Shown here: positions 18,224 to 27,075 of the stretch, one piece after another | Layout of the letters: every line of letters starts with the position of its first letter | How positions within the stretch are numbered: position 1 is the stretch's first letter | Virus record (IMG/VR): IMGVR_UViG_3300024231_001313 | Span: 1-47,443 of that record | Origin: a virus | Taxonomy: Duplodnaviria; Caudoviricetes | Length of the DNA stretch: 47,443 nt | Strand: one strand, 5' to 3' | Made by a program: the position numbers and the translations under genes | Notes under the pieces: generated by a model | Told to the model about the DNA's origin: nothing | The model's input: only the letters and a program-made list of their open reading frames with translations | Databases searched by the model: none

Positions 18224-19300
18224 TTAATTAAAACCTTTGGCTGAGCTTTCGTATATATTATTTATCTTATTACTTAAAGACTCGAAGCATGGTAGTTGAT
18301 CAAACGCCCATTTTGAACATTCATAATTAGACATCAATAAAACAACCTTGTCTTGTCTAGAGTTAAGGTAAAGGCATTGTTCTATGATTAAATTTGTAAT
18401 CAAGTCGTAAAGAAACAAACTAGAAGCTACCTTCAGGCATTCTCTTATCTCATCTTTTTCTTTCTCGTAATCTAATGAATAAAAAAGACAGTATTCCTTA
18501 GCTACTCTATTAAAGTAAACTCTGTCTAACTTAAAATTTAAAGCGAAAAAACAAAGATCAAAGAACCTATTGCCCATGAAACAACGACTAAAATCAAAAA
18601 ATTTAAATAAGGATTTTGCAGAGGTTGTATTACTTGGGTTTATGTTCCCATGACAAAAAAAATCACTTTTAAAAATAGGAGATTGAACTAAAGAATAAAA
18701 GTCTTTTTTAATTGGTTCTATTAAACTGTCTAAGGTTTCTTTCGGATAAACGCTAGCTATCTTATCTCTTACCACTTCAGAATCCCTGATTGCTGTTAGG
18801 TTTGAAAAAATATTTTCAGCGTAATCATTAATAGACCAGCTAGATGACGAACTACCAAGAAAGGATAAACAGCCAAAAAGAATTCTGGAATTAGAAACAG
18901 CAAAAGATAACCCTAGATCATGGATATCAAAACCTACATCGTGTTCGTGGATTAAAAACCTAATATCGTCTCCCACTTTTACAACCCCGCATCCTAAAAG
19001 TTCTGGAATTAAACCTTTTTCTTTATTGTTTTTTAGGAATTCTGATTCGTTAATTAAGAATTGATTGTCAGATTCAAAAGAAATTTTTAACATTAAATGT
19101 TTTTTCTTGTCAGTTTCTATTAAAAATGAATCATGATTTATGCCGTTGTCATAAGGCTTTATAGATGAAATCTGTAACTCTATACCTGCTTTTTTGAAAA
19201 TTTCAACACATATAAGGAAAAACAAGTGATCCTTGTCTGTTATGACAGGCTCAAATTCAGAGAAGAAAGCGTTGTTCTTGTAGAATTCTTTATTAAGCAT
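18224..19300 (-). CDS. APH/choline-kinase-like phosphotransferase fold, probable pseudokinase
   Basis: LMLKI, NESEFL, IPELL, FCHGNINPSN (HGD changed to HGN), FFDFS, FFDL. Confidence 0.7.
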   Translation of the reverse strand: MLNKEFYKNNAFFSEFEPVITDKDHLFFLICVEIFKKAGIELQISSIKPYDNGINHDSFLIETDKKKHLMLKISFESDNQFLINESEFLKNNKEKGLIPELLGCGVVKVGDDIRFLIHEHDVGFDIHDLGLSFAVSNSRILFGCLSFLGSSSSSWSINDYAENIFSNLTAIRDSEVVRDKIASVYPKETLDSLIEPIKKDFYSLVQSPIFKSDFFCHGNINPSNTTSAKSLFKFFDFSRCFMGNRFFDLCFFALNFKLDRVYFNRVAKEYCLFYSLDYEKEKDEIRECLKVASSLFLYDLITNLIIEQCLYLNSRQDKVVLLMSNYECSKWAFDQLPCFESLSNKINNIYESSAKGFN

Positions 19301-19308
19301 ACATATAT

Positions 19309-19336
19309 GTTATAATGTTTTTGTTTTATTTTTCAA
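19309..19336 (-). promoter_or_regulatory. Sigma70-like promoter
   Basis: TTGAAA-N16-TATAAC, 8 nt before ATG 19300 and immediately after a terminator. Confidence 0.5.
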
Positions 19337-19374
19337 TAAAAAACGCCACCCTCAAACACAAGAAAGGGTGGCGT
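19337..19374 (-). terminator. Rho-independent terminator
   Basis: 10-bp stem ACGCCACCCT (19343-19352) / AGGGTGGCGT (19365-19374), followed by a T-tract on the minus strand. Confidence 0.8.
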
Positions 19375-19399
19375 CTTTAGGTTTATTGATAAAGATTAG

Positions 19400-19624
19400 T
19401 TAACAGGAACCGATTTTTTGAGAGCCAAGCTTAAACCCATAAAGGCTAGATTTTGCCAGTTTGCGCTTGTCTTTTGCATTACGATCATAAACAGTTACAT
19501 ACTGAGGACTTTCTGAAACGAACTGTGCGTTAAGAGCCTCTCCAGCTTTCGTATAAAGACCGAAGAAACGACCTTTACTTGACATGATTGCTTTTACGAT
19601 ATTATTTTGTTTTGTTTTACTCAT
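19400..19624 (-). CDS. Small basic hypothetical protein
   Basis: Likely start MSKTKQ at 19624; lies between clpC and the terminator. Confidence 0.65.
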   Translation of the reverse strand: MSKTKQNNIVKAIMSSKGRFFGLYTKAGEALNAQFVSESPQYVTVYDRNAKDKRKLAKSSLYGFKLGSQKIGSC

Positions 19625-19635
19625 ATGTTTGTATA

Positions 19636-22101
19636 TTAGCACACCTTTATATTGTTGTCAACGTTTTTTATTGATATTTCTGAGTTTTTTGTTTTGGATA
19701 TCACAAATTTAGATATAGGAACTTGAACTTCTTCTCTTATAAAGTTCTTTATGTCTCTAGCATGAAGCTTTTGTGATTTAATTTTATTAAAAATCAGGTT
19801 AACGATAGCCTTGTTAAATTTGAAGTTTATGTTTTTGTTTTCTGTGAGTTTGGTTTTAATGTTGGTTAGTTCTTGATGAATTATTCTTTTGAATTCTTTA
19901 TCTCCTAAATCCTGAAAAACAAAAACATCATTGATTCTAGCTAAGAGTTCTGGCTTTAGTTTGTTTTTAACCGAGCCTTTGTAGGAGGAGTCTTTGTCAA
20001 TCTCTTCTTGAATAAAGCCCATGCTTTTCTTTTTTGTATTTTCGTGACCTATGTTACTAGTCATTATGACAACTGTTTTAGAAAAACTTGTCTTGTTATG
20101 TTTATTGTCCTCCACATAACCCTCATCAAGAAGGTGAAGTAGTATATTAAGTATTTGTGGGTCAGCTTTTTCTACTTCATCAAAAAGAACAACACAGTTT
20201 GGGTTTTCCTTTACAAACTTAGTTAGCATCCCGCCTTCTTCGTAACCAACATAGCCAGCGTTAGATCCTATAAGCTTACTTATGCCAGTCCTATCTTGCA
20301 ACTCACTCATATTTATCTGAAGCATGGCTTTTTCGTTTCCAAAAAAATGTTTAGCTATTTTTTTTGCCGTATATGTTTTACCCACGCTTGTTGGTCCAAC
20401 AAAAAACATACTGGCAAGAGGTTTGTTTTCGTCTGTCAACCCAGCTTTGGCACAAGATAATGAATCGTTTATTTTGTTTAATATTTTATCCTGACCAAAA
20501 ACTTCTTTTGATATTCTATCAAGAAAAGAACTAAATCCACTACAAGAATTGCCGACTTGATCAACCGATACTCCTCCGTGCTCAGCAATGATTTCTGAAA
20601 CGTCTTGTTTTTTAACGTTAATTGATTTTTTGCTGTCAGGCTTTGAACTTTTATCGAGACTGCCGATTAAATCCTTAAACTTGTTTTTAAGTTCTTCTTC
20701 TTCCAAATTCCCATCTGCTAAAGCTGTTATTAAAGAACTGTGTGATTTTAATATATCTCCAGTAGGTTTTAAATTTTTTATTTTTATCCTCGAACCAACT
20801 TGGTCTAAGACGTCAAAGGCTTTATCTGGGAATTTTTTATGGCTTATTAATACATCAGATGAATCAACTATAAAATTAATAATTGATTTGCTGAATTTTA
20901 CATTATGAAATTTTTCATATTTACTTTTGCAGCTATTAAGTATTTTTTTTGTTTGTTGTTTAGACGGCTCTTCAACTTTAATGTTAAAAAACCTTCTTTT
21001 CATTGCACTGTCCTTATTGAATATTTTTTCATATTCATGAGAAGTTGTTGATCCTATGCACTTTATTTCACCCCTAGCCAAAAGAGGTTTTAACATATTG
21101 ACCGCATCAAGACCTCCTTCTTGGTTGCCTCCTGCGCCAAATAAGGTGTGCATTTCGTCAAAGAATAAAACTATTTGAGGGTTTTTCTTAGCTATGTCAA
21201 GCAATGACTTAAATCTTTGTTCAAATTGACCTCTATATTGAGTTCCTGCAATTATTGAACCTAGATCAACGCTAAGTATTTCCATCCCCAATAGATTAGA
21301 AGGAACATTAAACTCGCATATTCTAGATGCTAAAGCTTCCACTATAGATGTCTTACCAACGCCAGCATCACCAGTTAAAACAGCATTGCACTTATTTTTT
21401 TTGGATATCGTCTCTATTAACAGATCAACCTCTGAATCCCTACCATAAACATCAGGTAATTTGCCTGAGTAATGAAGCTCGTTTAAGCTTGTAACAAAAT
21501 CTGGAAGAGAAAATGAAGGTAATGATACATCATCACTAACATTAGGTTCTTCGCCACCTTCTATGTTGTAGAACATAGAGTCTAGGTTTTCATCTATAAA
21601 TTCAGGAAAATCAAATGAATCTTCGTCTTCACCTTTTATAAATAGGTCGAGTTCATTCTTAAGCATCTCGAAATCAATAATGCATTCATCAAAATAATCG
21701 AAAACATAAGGAGATTTGTTTATAAGGCCTAAAATAATATGTTCTACGCCTATGTAGTATTGCTCCAGATTATTAGAGACATCATTAGCCTCTTTAACTG
21801 CTTGCGCAACCTCTTTATGCCAGGGATCTGAGTTAGAATTAGCAAAAAACTTGTCCTTGTTTTCTTTTTTAGATTGTTTTATGACCTTTAAAACATCCTC
21901 CTCAGAAATTGCAACGCCATTTTTCAATAGAAAAGATTTAAATTGACTATTGCCGTTTCTTATACATCCATATAAGACATGAAGATTGTTTACATTTTTA
22001 TGTCCAAGCTTCTTAGATAGAAGGTAAGCCTCTTTATAAACTTTTTTAGCTCTTGGAGTTAGGTTGAAATCTTTAAATATCACAAATTTGTTTACACTCA
22101 T
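19636..22101 (-). CDS. clpC: ATP-dependent Clp protease ATPase subunit (ClpC/ClpA-like)
   Basis: Clp-N repeats (HVLYG, EHIILG); AAA1 GDAGVGKT / FFDEMH / GTQYRGQFE; AAA2 GPTSVGKT / LFDEVEKA / GYVGYEEGG; MGF ClpP-docking loop. Confidence 0.92.
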   Translation of the reverse strand: MSVNKFVIFKDFNLTPRAKKVYKEAYLLSKKLGHKNVNNLHVLYGCIRNGNSQFKSFLLKNGVAISEEDVLKVIKQSKKENKDKFFANSNSDPWHKEVAQAVKEANDVSNNLEQYYIGVEHIILGLINKSPYVFDYFDECIIDFEMLKNELDLFIKGEDEDSFDFPEFIDENLDSMFYNIEGGEEPNVSDDVSLPSFSLPDFVTSLNELHYSGKLPDVYGRDSEVDLLIETISKKNKCNAVLTGDAGVGKTSIVEALASRICEFNVPSNLLGMEILSVDLGSIIAGTQYRGQFEQRFKSLLDIAKKNPQIVLFFDEMHTLFGAGGNQEGGLDAVNMLKPLLARGEIKCIGSTTSHEYEKIFNKDSAMKRRFFNIKVEEPSKQQTKKILNSCKSKYEKFHNVKFSKSIINFIVDSSDVLISHKKFPDKAFDVLDQVGSRIKIKNLKPTGDILKSHSSLITALADGNLEEEELKNKFKDLIGSLDKSSKPDSKKSINVKKQDVSEIIAEHGGVSVDQVGNSCSGFSSFLDRISKEVFGQDKILNKINDSLSCAKAGLTDENKPLASMFFVGPTSVGKTYTAKKIAKHFFGNEKAMLQINMSELQDRTGISKLIGSNAGYVGYEEGGMLTKFVKENPNCVVLFDEVEKADPQILNILLHLLDEGYVEDNKHNKTSFSKTVVIMTSNIGHENTKKKSMGFIQEEIDKDSSYKGSVKNKLKPELLARINDVFVFQDLGDKEFKRIIHQELTNIKTKLTENKNINFKFNKAIVNLIFNKIKSQKLHARDIKNFIREEVQVPISKFVISKTKNSEISIKNVDNNIKVC

Positions 22102-24677
22102 TTTAGTTCGGAAAGTTTCATATAAATTTTTTCGTTTATTGGATTGATTACATCTAGAAACAATATGTCATCACCAACTGATCCGACGACAACAATAACA
22201 TCGCCTTTTTTCGGAAGTTTTTTGCCAGAATTAAGGTAGTCCGTAAGCCTATCCTGCCTATTAGAGTCAAGCATTAACCCACAAACAGAGCCAAGCTCAT
22301 CGTGCATCTCTATTCTTGCATATTTATTGCCGTTTCTGCTCGTTCTTTTGATTATATCATCAACAGTACCAACAAATTTTACTGTTTGACCTTTGCTGAA
22401 ATTTCTAATTTCCTCAGAATTGTCAAACATAGAAGCATCTCCAGCTGAGAATATTTCTCTTACATTGTAAGAATAACTGTATCCTAGCAATTTGCTTTCA
22501 AAAAACCAGTTGGCATATTTTACATGACTCATGTTTTGTTCGTAAATGTTTTTATACGGCTGATACTTCTTCTTGAATGTGTTGAACCTTTTATCCGCAA
22601 ACAAAACTCTTCCATCGTCAGCTGTTAATGTTTCGCTTCTGAAATACTGTATGGTATTTAATACATCATAATCAAAGCGATCCCCAAGCTCTATTATATT
22701 CCTTTTTTCCCTATCGGTAAGTATATTAAATGTTTGAGCTTCAAGAACAAGTCTACAACGATCATAAGATTTGTTTTTGTCAAAAATTGAATCTTGGACT
22801 TTATTAGAAAAGGAATCAAGTATACCAGCTTGAATAAATCCAGACATAGTACCAATGTTAACACCGCATTCTTTTGCTGCTAAAAAGATGTCATACTTAT
22901 TATCAAACTTGTTTTCTCTAAACTCTATAAGAGATTCCATGACTTTACCAGAAACACCTTTAATAGAATTAAGACCATAACGTATGTTATCTCCATCAAT
23001 TTTAAAATCAAAATCAGAAAGATTGAGATCTGGTGGTAATAATTTTATATTGAAATACGAAAGCTCTTGTGATATTTTAGCTATCTCTTCATGAGGCGCT
23101 GGCTCAAACCTTGACATTTTAAGCAAGGCTAAGAAAAATTCTTTTGGATGGTTGAATTTTAAGTAAACAGTTATGGCAGCTAGGTATGCGTAAGATATAC
23201 TATGAGACTTATTAAATGAATAGTTAGCAGAATCCTCTGCGACTTTCCACAAAACATCACCAATAACTGGGTCAAGCTTTCTTTCTTTAATTTTGTCTTC
23301 AATCTTAGCTTTCCAAGCTGGCATATCTTCCACTTTTTTCTTGCCAACAATACGTCTTAACTGCTCTGACTCGTCCAAACTAAATCCAACCTTAACAGCC
23401 ATCTTCATCAACTGCTCTTGGTAAAGAGGAATGCCTCCAGTATAGCTAAGTATATCGTCAAAGAACTCATGCACACAATTGAACTCGCCAGTCCTCACAT
23501 AATCAGCATACATGTCCTTAAAGTCTAAGGCTCCAGGTCTGGCTATAGCTACGACAGCGGAGAGTTGCTCTAGATTTCTTGGAGCAACTTGTTTGCAAAC
23601 CTTGAAGTTTGTTTCAGCTTCAATCTGGAATAAGCCCTTAGGTTGTTGAAGGCAAGCCAAGGCAGCATAGATGCTTTCGTGTCCAGGATCAATCTCAGAG
23701 GCTTTAATGCCAATTTGGCTACATGTGTCATGGACGACTGAAAGAGTCCTTAAACCGAGTATATCAAACTTAACGCTAAGGCTAGCTACATCATCCATGT
23801 CGTAACCAGAAATTAAAGCTCCGTCGTTTGTTTTCTGAAGCGGCATTATGTCTTCCTGATTATAATAACTAATAGAAATTCCAGAAGGGTGAACTCCCGT
23901 ATTCTTAATAAGTCCTTCTAGTTTTTTTGCTATTTTGTAAGATTTCTTATCCTTGTCAGCAAATTTTCTGAAAGACTCGCTCTCTTCATATGCAACATCT
24001 AGTTTTGCTACCTTACCAAAGTGCTTTGGTATAGTATCACTGATTTGATTTACATCCATTTCAGATAGTTCGCCAACAATCTTACCGCACTCTTTCATAC
24101 AAAGCTTAGAGCTTAGTGTGTTAAGTGTTAAAATTTTGGAGGTTTTGCCTTCGTATTTATCTTCAATATACTTAATGACTTCAGCCCTGCGATCATAAGA
24201 AATATCGTTATCAATATCAGCTAATAAGGAACCATCAAGAAGAATCTCTCCATTATGCTCAATTTTTCTTGCTCTGCTTTTAGATACGAATCTTTCAAAA
24301 AATAGCTCATATTTAATTGGGTCAATGTTTGTTACGCCAAGAAGAAAAAGGACCAAGCTGCCAGCCGCACTTCCCCTGCCAGCACCAGTTGGAATGCCGC
24401 TTCTTTTGCAGTAGTCCATGATGTCCCAGTTAAGTAATATATAATCTACAAAACCAAGGTCGTCCAATATATCAATTTCCATTTGAACTCTATCATAGTA
24501 ATCTTTCCTGTTTTTAGCTTCCGTAAGAGACTTATCTCTAAGACCTTTTCTGCATAGTTGCTTTAAAATTTCCAAACTGGAACTGCCGTGTTTTAAGCCA
24601 AGTGACTCTAGCGTGTCATCTGGAACACTAATCTCTGGCAACTTAACGCCTACTGGGAATGGGTTTTTATATCTCAT
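22098..24677 (-). CDS. dnaE: DNA polymerase III alpha catalytic core (no PHP domain)
   Basis: GAGRGSAAGSL, LFFERF, DIDND, GVHPSG, KFDILGL, LYQEQLM, YSFNKSHS; C-terminal OB fold. Confidence 0.95.
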   Translation of the reverse strand: MRYKNPFPVGVKLPEISVPDDTLESLGLKHGSSSLEILKQLCRKGLRDKSLTEAKNRKDYYDRVQMEIDILDDLGFVDYILLNWDIMDYCKRSGIPTGAGRGSAAGSLVLFLLGVTNIDPIKYELFFERFVSKSRARKIEHNGEILLDGSLLADIDNDISYDRRAEVIKYIEDKYEGKTSKILTLNTLSSKLCMKECGKIVGELSEMDVNQISDTIPKHFGKVAKLDVAYEESESFRKFADKDKKSYKIAKKLEGLIKNTGVHPSGISISYYNQEDIMPLQKTNDGALISGYDMDDVASLSVKFDILGLRTLSVVHDTCSQIGIKASEIDPGHESIYAALACLQQPKGLFQIEAETNFKVCKQVAPRNLEQLSAVVAIARPGALDFKDMYADYVRTGEFNCVHEFFDDILSYTGGIPLYQEQLMKMAVKVGFSLDESEQLRRIVGKKKVEDMPAWKAKIEDKIKERKLDPVIGDVLWKVAEDSANYSFNKSHSISYAYLAAITVYLKFNHPKEFFLALLKMSRFEPAPHEEIAKISQELSYFNIKLLPPDLNLSDFDFKIDGDNIRYGLNSIKGVSGKVMESLIEFRENKFDNKYDIFLAAKECGVNIGTMSGFIQAGILDSFSNKVQDSIFDKNKSYDRCRLVLEAQTFNILTDREKRNIIELGDRFDYDVLNTIQYFRSETLTADDGRVLFADKRFNTFKKKYQPYKNIYEQNMSHVKYANWFFESKLLGYSYSYNVREIFSAGDASMFDNSEEIRNFSKGQTVKFVGTVDDIIKRTSRNGNKYARIEMHDELGSVCGLMLDSNRQDRLTDYLNSGKKLPKKGDVIVVVGSVGDDILFLDVINPINEKIYMKLSELK

Positions 24678-25306
24678 AGTTCAATGTCATAAAGTTGTTT
24701 GTGAAATATCTCAAAGTTCATTTCGATATCGTAAAGAGCATCATGCAATCTTTTAGGGTCAAAGTCAATCTCATATTTCTTAAGAAGTGTTAATTGAGAT
24801 GTTTTTAACCCTCTTTCCCTGTGATTAAGCCACCTATACTGCCAGTATATGAAATCTTTTTTGTCAACAGGGGACTCTTTAACTATTGCTGTCGCTATAG
24901 CTTTTGTATCAATAATTCTGTTGATGTAATCTTGGTGCAAAGGCTCCCCAATAAGCTTTCTCCAAACATCAATCATATAAACATCAAAACCCAAAAGATT
25001 TTGTCCTACTATTTTATAAGAGTCGTCATATAAATACTTTGAAAATTCATCCCAAACCTTCTTGGGGTCTTCTGCATTCTTCTCGTAGTAAGACTGGCTA
25101 AACCCTGTGATCCTCGCCGCGTCTTTGGATACGTTTAGATCGTCCCATTTAATTAGCTTGTCATATTTTTTGATTATCTTGTTACCTTCGGCAACAATCC
25201 AAGCAGCTTGCCAAGGTTTTGACTTAACCAAATTCAAACCTTCAGTCTCTGTATCAAAAATTATGTATTTTTGTTTTCTGTTATATCGTAATAAGTCGTT
25301 GTTCAT
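24674..25306 (-). CDS. DEDDh 3'-5' exonuclease (DnaQ-like)
   Basis: FDTETEG, GQNLLGFD, IIDT, LHDALYD. Confidence 0.9.
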   Translation of the reverse strand: MNNDLLRYNRKQKYIIFDTETEGLNLVKSKPWQAAWIVAEGNKIIKKYDKLIKWDDLNVSKDAARITGFSQSYYEKNAEDPKKVWDEFSKYLYDDSYKIVGQNLLGFDVYMIDVWRKLIGEPLHQDYINRIIDTKAIATAIVKESPVDKKDFIYWQYRWLNHRERGLKTSQLTLLKKYEIDFDPKRLHDALYDIEMNFEIFHKQLYDIEL

Positions 25307-26019
25307 TACTTAGTGTTTTCTATATAGGATTCAAAACAAAACTCGTCACTAGAGAAGTGATTCAAGTTGGGGCATGATAATGTAGCTTGCCTACCAAAGC
25401 TTCGATTGCAAAGAATCTTGTATGTCTGAAGAGCTTCTACATCTTCTTTGTTCTTGTAGTATATAGACTTAACATTACTAATCTCATAACAGTCTTGCGC
25501 ATACTCTAGGACTTTTTGACAAATGAGGCGATCATAAGGTAAGTTATTATTCTCAACCCAAAACCTAGGATTCAAACCATCAAGTTCAGGTATGCAGTTC
25601 TTAAGAAATAGATTGTTTTGGTGGATAAAGCTATCATAAAAAGGAACAACAAAGCATAAAGAATCTTTGTCCCAGAAAGATTTGAGTTCCTCGTAAGTGA
25701 TGCGACCATCGTTATCAACAAAAGCTTTGGAATATATCTTATTCATAAGCTTACATCCGTTATCGTCTAATGCAAATATAACAGCTTTATGATCTGAGTC
25801 TTTGCTGTCGATGTCATTACACATCGTAATTCTTAATCCATATGTTAGATCTATATTGTTTTTAACACAGGCGTTAAAGGCCTTCATGAAGCTTGTCAGA
25901 TTGTCCTCAACAAGAGTCAAGGATTTGAAGTTTTTATCCTTACATATCTGAATAATACTATCAATAGTTAATATGCTTTTTCCTGTTGAGTACGTCGACT
26001 TGAAAATAGGTTTCATCAC
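25306..26019 (-). CDS. Stand-alone degenerate PHP domain of DnaE
   Basis: FKSTYS..KSILTI, LVEDNL, LTYGL, GCKLMNKIYSKA follow the DnaE N-terminal PHP pattern with the metal-binding His residues lost. Confidence 0.8.
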   Translation of the reverse strand: MMKPIFKSTYSTGKSILTIDSIIQICKDKNFKSLTLVEDNLTSFMKAFNACVKNNIDLTYGLRITMCNDIDSKDSDHKAVIFALDDNGCKLMNKIYSKAFVDNDGRITYEELKSFWDKDSLCFVVPFYDSFIHQNNLFLKNCIPELDGLNPRFWVENNNLPYDRLICQKVLEYAQDCYEISNVKSIYYKNKEDVEALQTYKILCNRSFGRQATLSCPNLNHFSSDEFCFESYIENTK

Positions 26020-26025
26020 AACCCC

Positions 26026-26053
26026 ATATTAACACACATACATCTTCTGTCAA
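26026..26053 (-). promoter_or_regulatory. Sigma70-like promoter
   Basis: TTGACA-N16-TAATAT with an upstream TG, 6 nt before the start at 26019. Confidence 0.6.
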
Positions 26054-27075
26054 GAGGAATGTGCAGGACAACCTGCGTAATATTTCATTTCATACGAACC
26101 CCCTTTTGGGACCATATCTTCAGAAAACTCATCGTCAAAACAAGACTTTACGAAGTTTCCATTCTCGTCGGTTATGTTATAATAAAAGAAATCAAATTTC
26201 ATGCCACAATGCCACATAGGAGTACCATCTTTCTTGAGTTGACCTTTCTCCTTCGCAAAACCACAAAGAAGTTTGCAACTAAAAGAACCGTCGCTAGGGA
26301 ACCCTTTATATGCCGCCATGTTTTTTGTTGCAGATTCTTCTGTGAAATTATCTAGGTAATTTTGTATTTCGGTAAGATGATGCTCAAAACCATGCAAGTC
26401 ATGCTCGTCTAAAGGCTCCATTCTTACTATACCGCTTTTCTTAACATCTGGTATTAGATCAAACTTTAAAAACAAAAACTCACTTTGTTTGTTTTCGTAT
26501 TCTGGAAACAAATGTTTTACAGCAAGGCTATACATAAGATCCTGCATGTTATCCTCTGCATCCTTACCCTTAAAGGTTTCCTTACTTGTTTTGAAGTCTC
26601 TGATTAAGGCATATTTTTTATCTTTATAAAGAAATAATTTATCTATAAAGCCTCTTATTTTATACTTTACGGTTCCATCGTTAACGACAATATGGAAGTC
26701 TTTTTCCGAATGTTCTTCAGTAGGTTCTTGATCTGTGTCACCAAAAAAATCATACATGAGACCATTAAGAGTCATCTCCTTCATCATCTTGACATTATCA
26801 TCGTCATCTATACCCTCTCTTACTGCGTGTTTCATAACAAGCCTCTCTATAGAGGGGACACTGAAAATATCAAGTGTTCTGATTATTTCATCAAAGTATT
26901 TTTTTCTTTTCGGTTCTCCTAATAACTCGAAAATTAAATGGCAAATAGAACCTCTTCTAGCTCCGTCGTTACTTCTGTCTGGTAACTTGAGTTTATATTT
27001 AGACCAATAAAGCCAAGAACAACTTTCCGCCGTCTTTATTCTGCTTGCTGATAAGGTTGTTTGTGGTTCACTCAT
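26050..27075 (-). CDS. PD-(D/E)XK exonuclease (RecB/Cas4-like)
   Basis: LSASRI..SC, RGSICH, E..F, GFIDKL, DFKTSK, Q..MY; C-terminal Cys cluster. Confidence 0.85.
   Translation of the reverse strand: MSEPQTTLSASRIKTAESCSWLYWSKYKLKLPDRSNDGARRGSICHLIFELLGEPKRKKYFDEIIRTLDIFSVPSIERLVMKHAVREGIDDDDNVKMMKEMTLNGLMYDFFGDTDQEPTEEHSEKDFHIVVNDGTVKYKIRGFIDKLFLYKDKKYALIRDFKTSKETFKGKDAEDNMQDLMYSLAVKHLFPEYENKQSEFLFLKFDLIPDVKKSGIVRMEPLDEHDLHGFEHHLTEIQNYLDNFTEESATKNMAAYKGFPSDGSFSCKLLCGFAKEKGQLKKDGTPMWHCGMKFDFFYYNITDENGNFVKSCFDDEFSEDMVPKGGSYEMKYYAGCPAHSS

Noticed and set aside
22098-26019. Split-intein DnaE
   Set aside because: No intein N-terminal (C/S start) or C-terminal (HN then C/S/T) motifs at the fragment ends; the intervening gene is a DEDDh exonuclease, not a homing endonuclease.
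26050-27075. CRISPR-Cas locus based on the Cas4-like nuclease
   Set aside because: No repeat-spacer array or other cas genes; stand-alone PD-(D/E)XK nucleases are common in phage replication modules.
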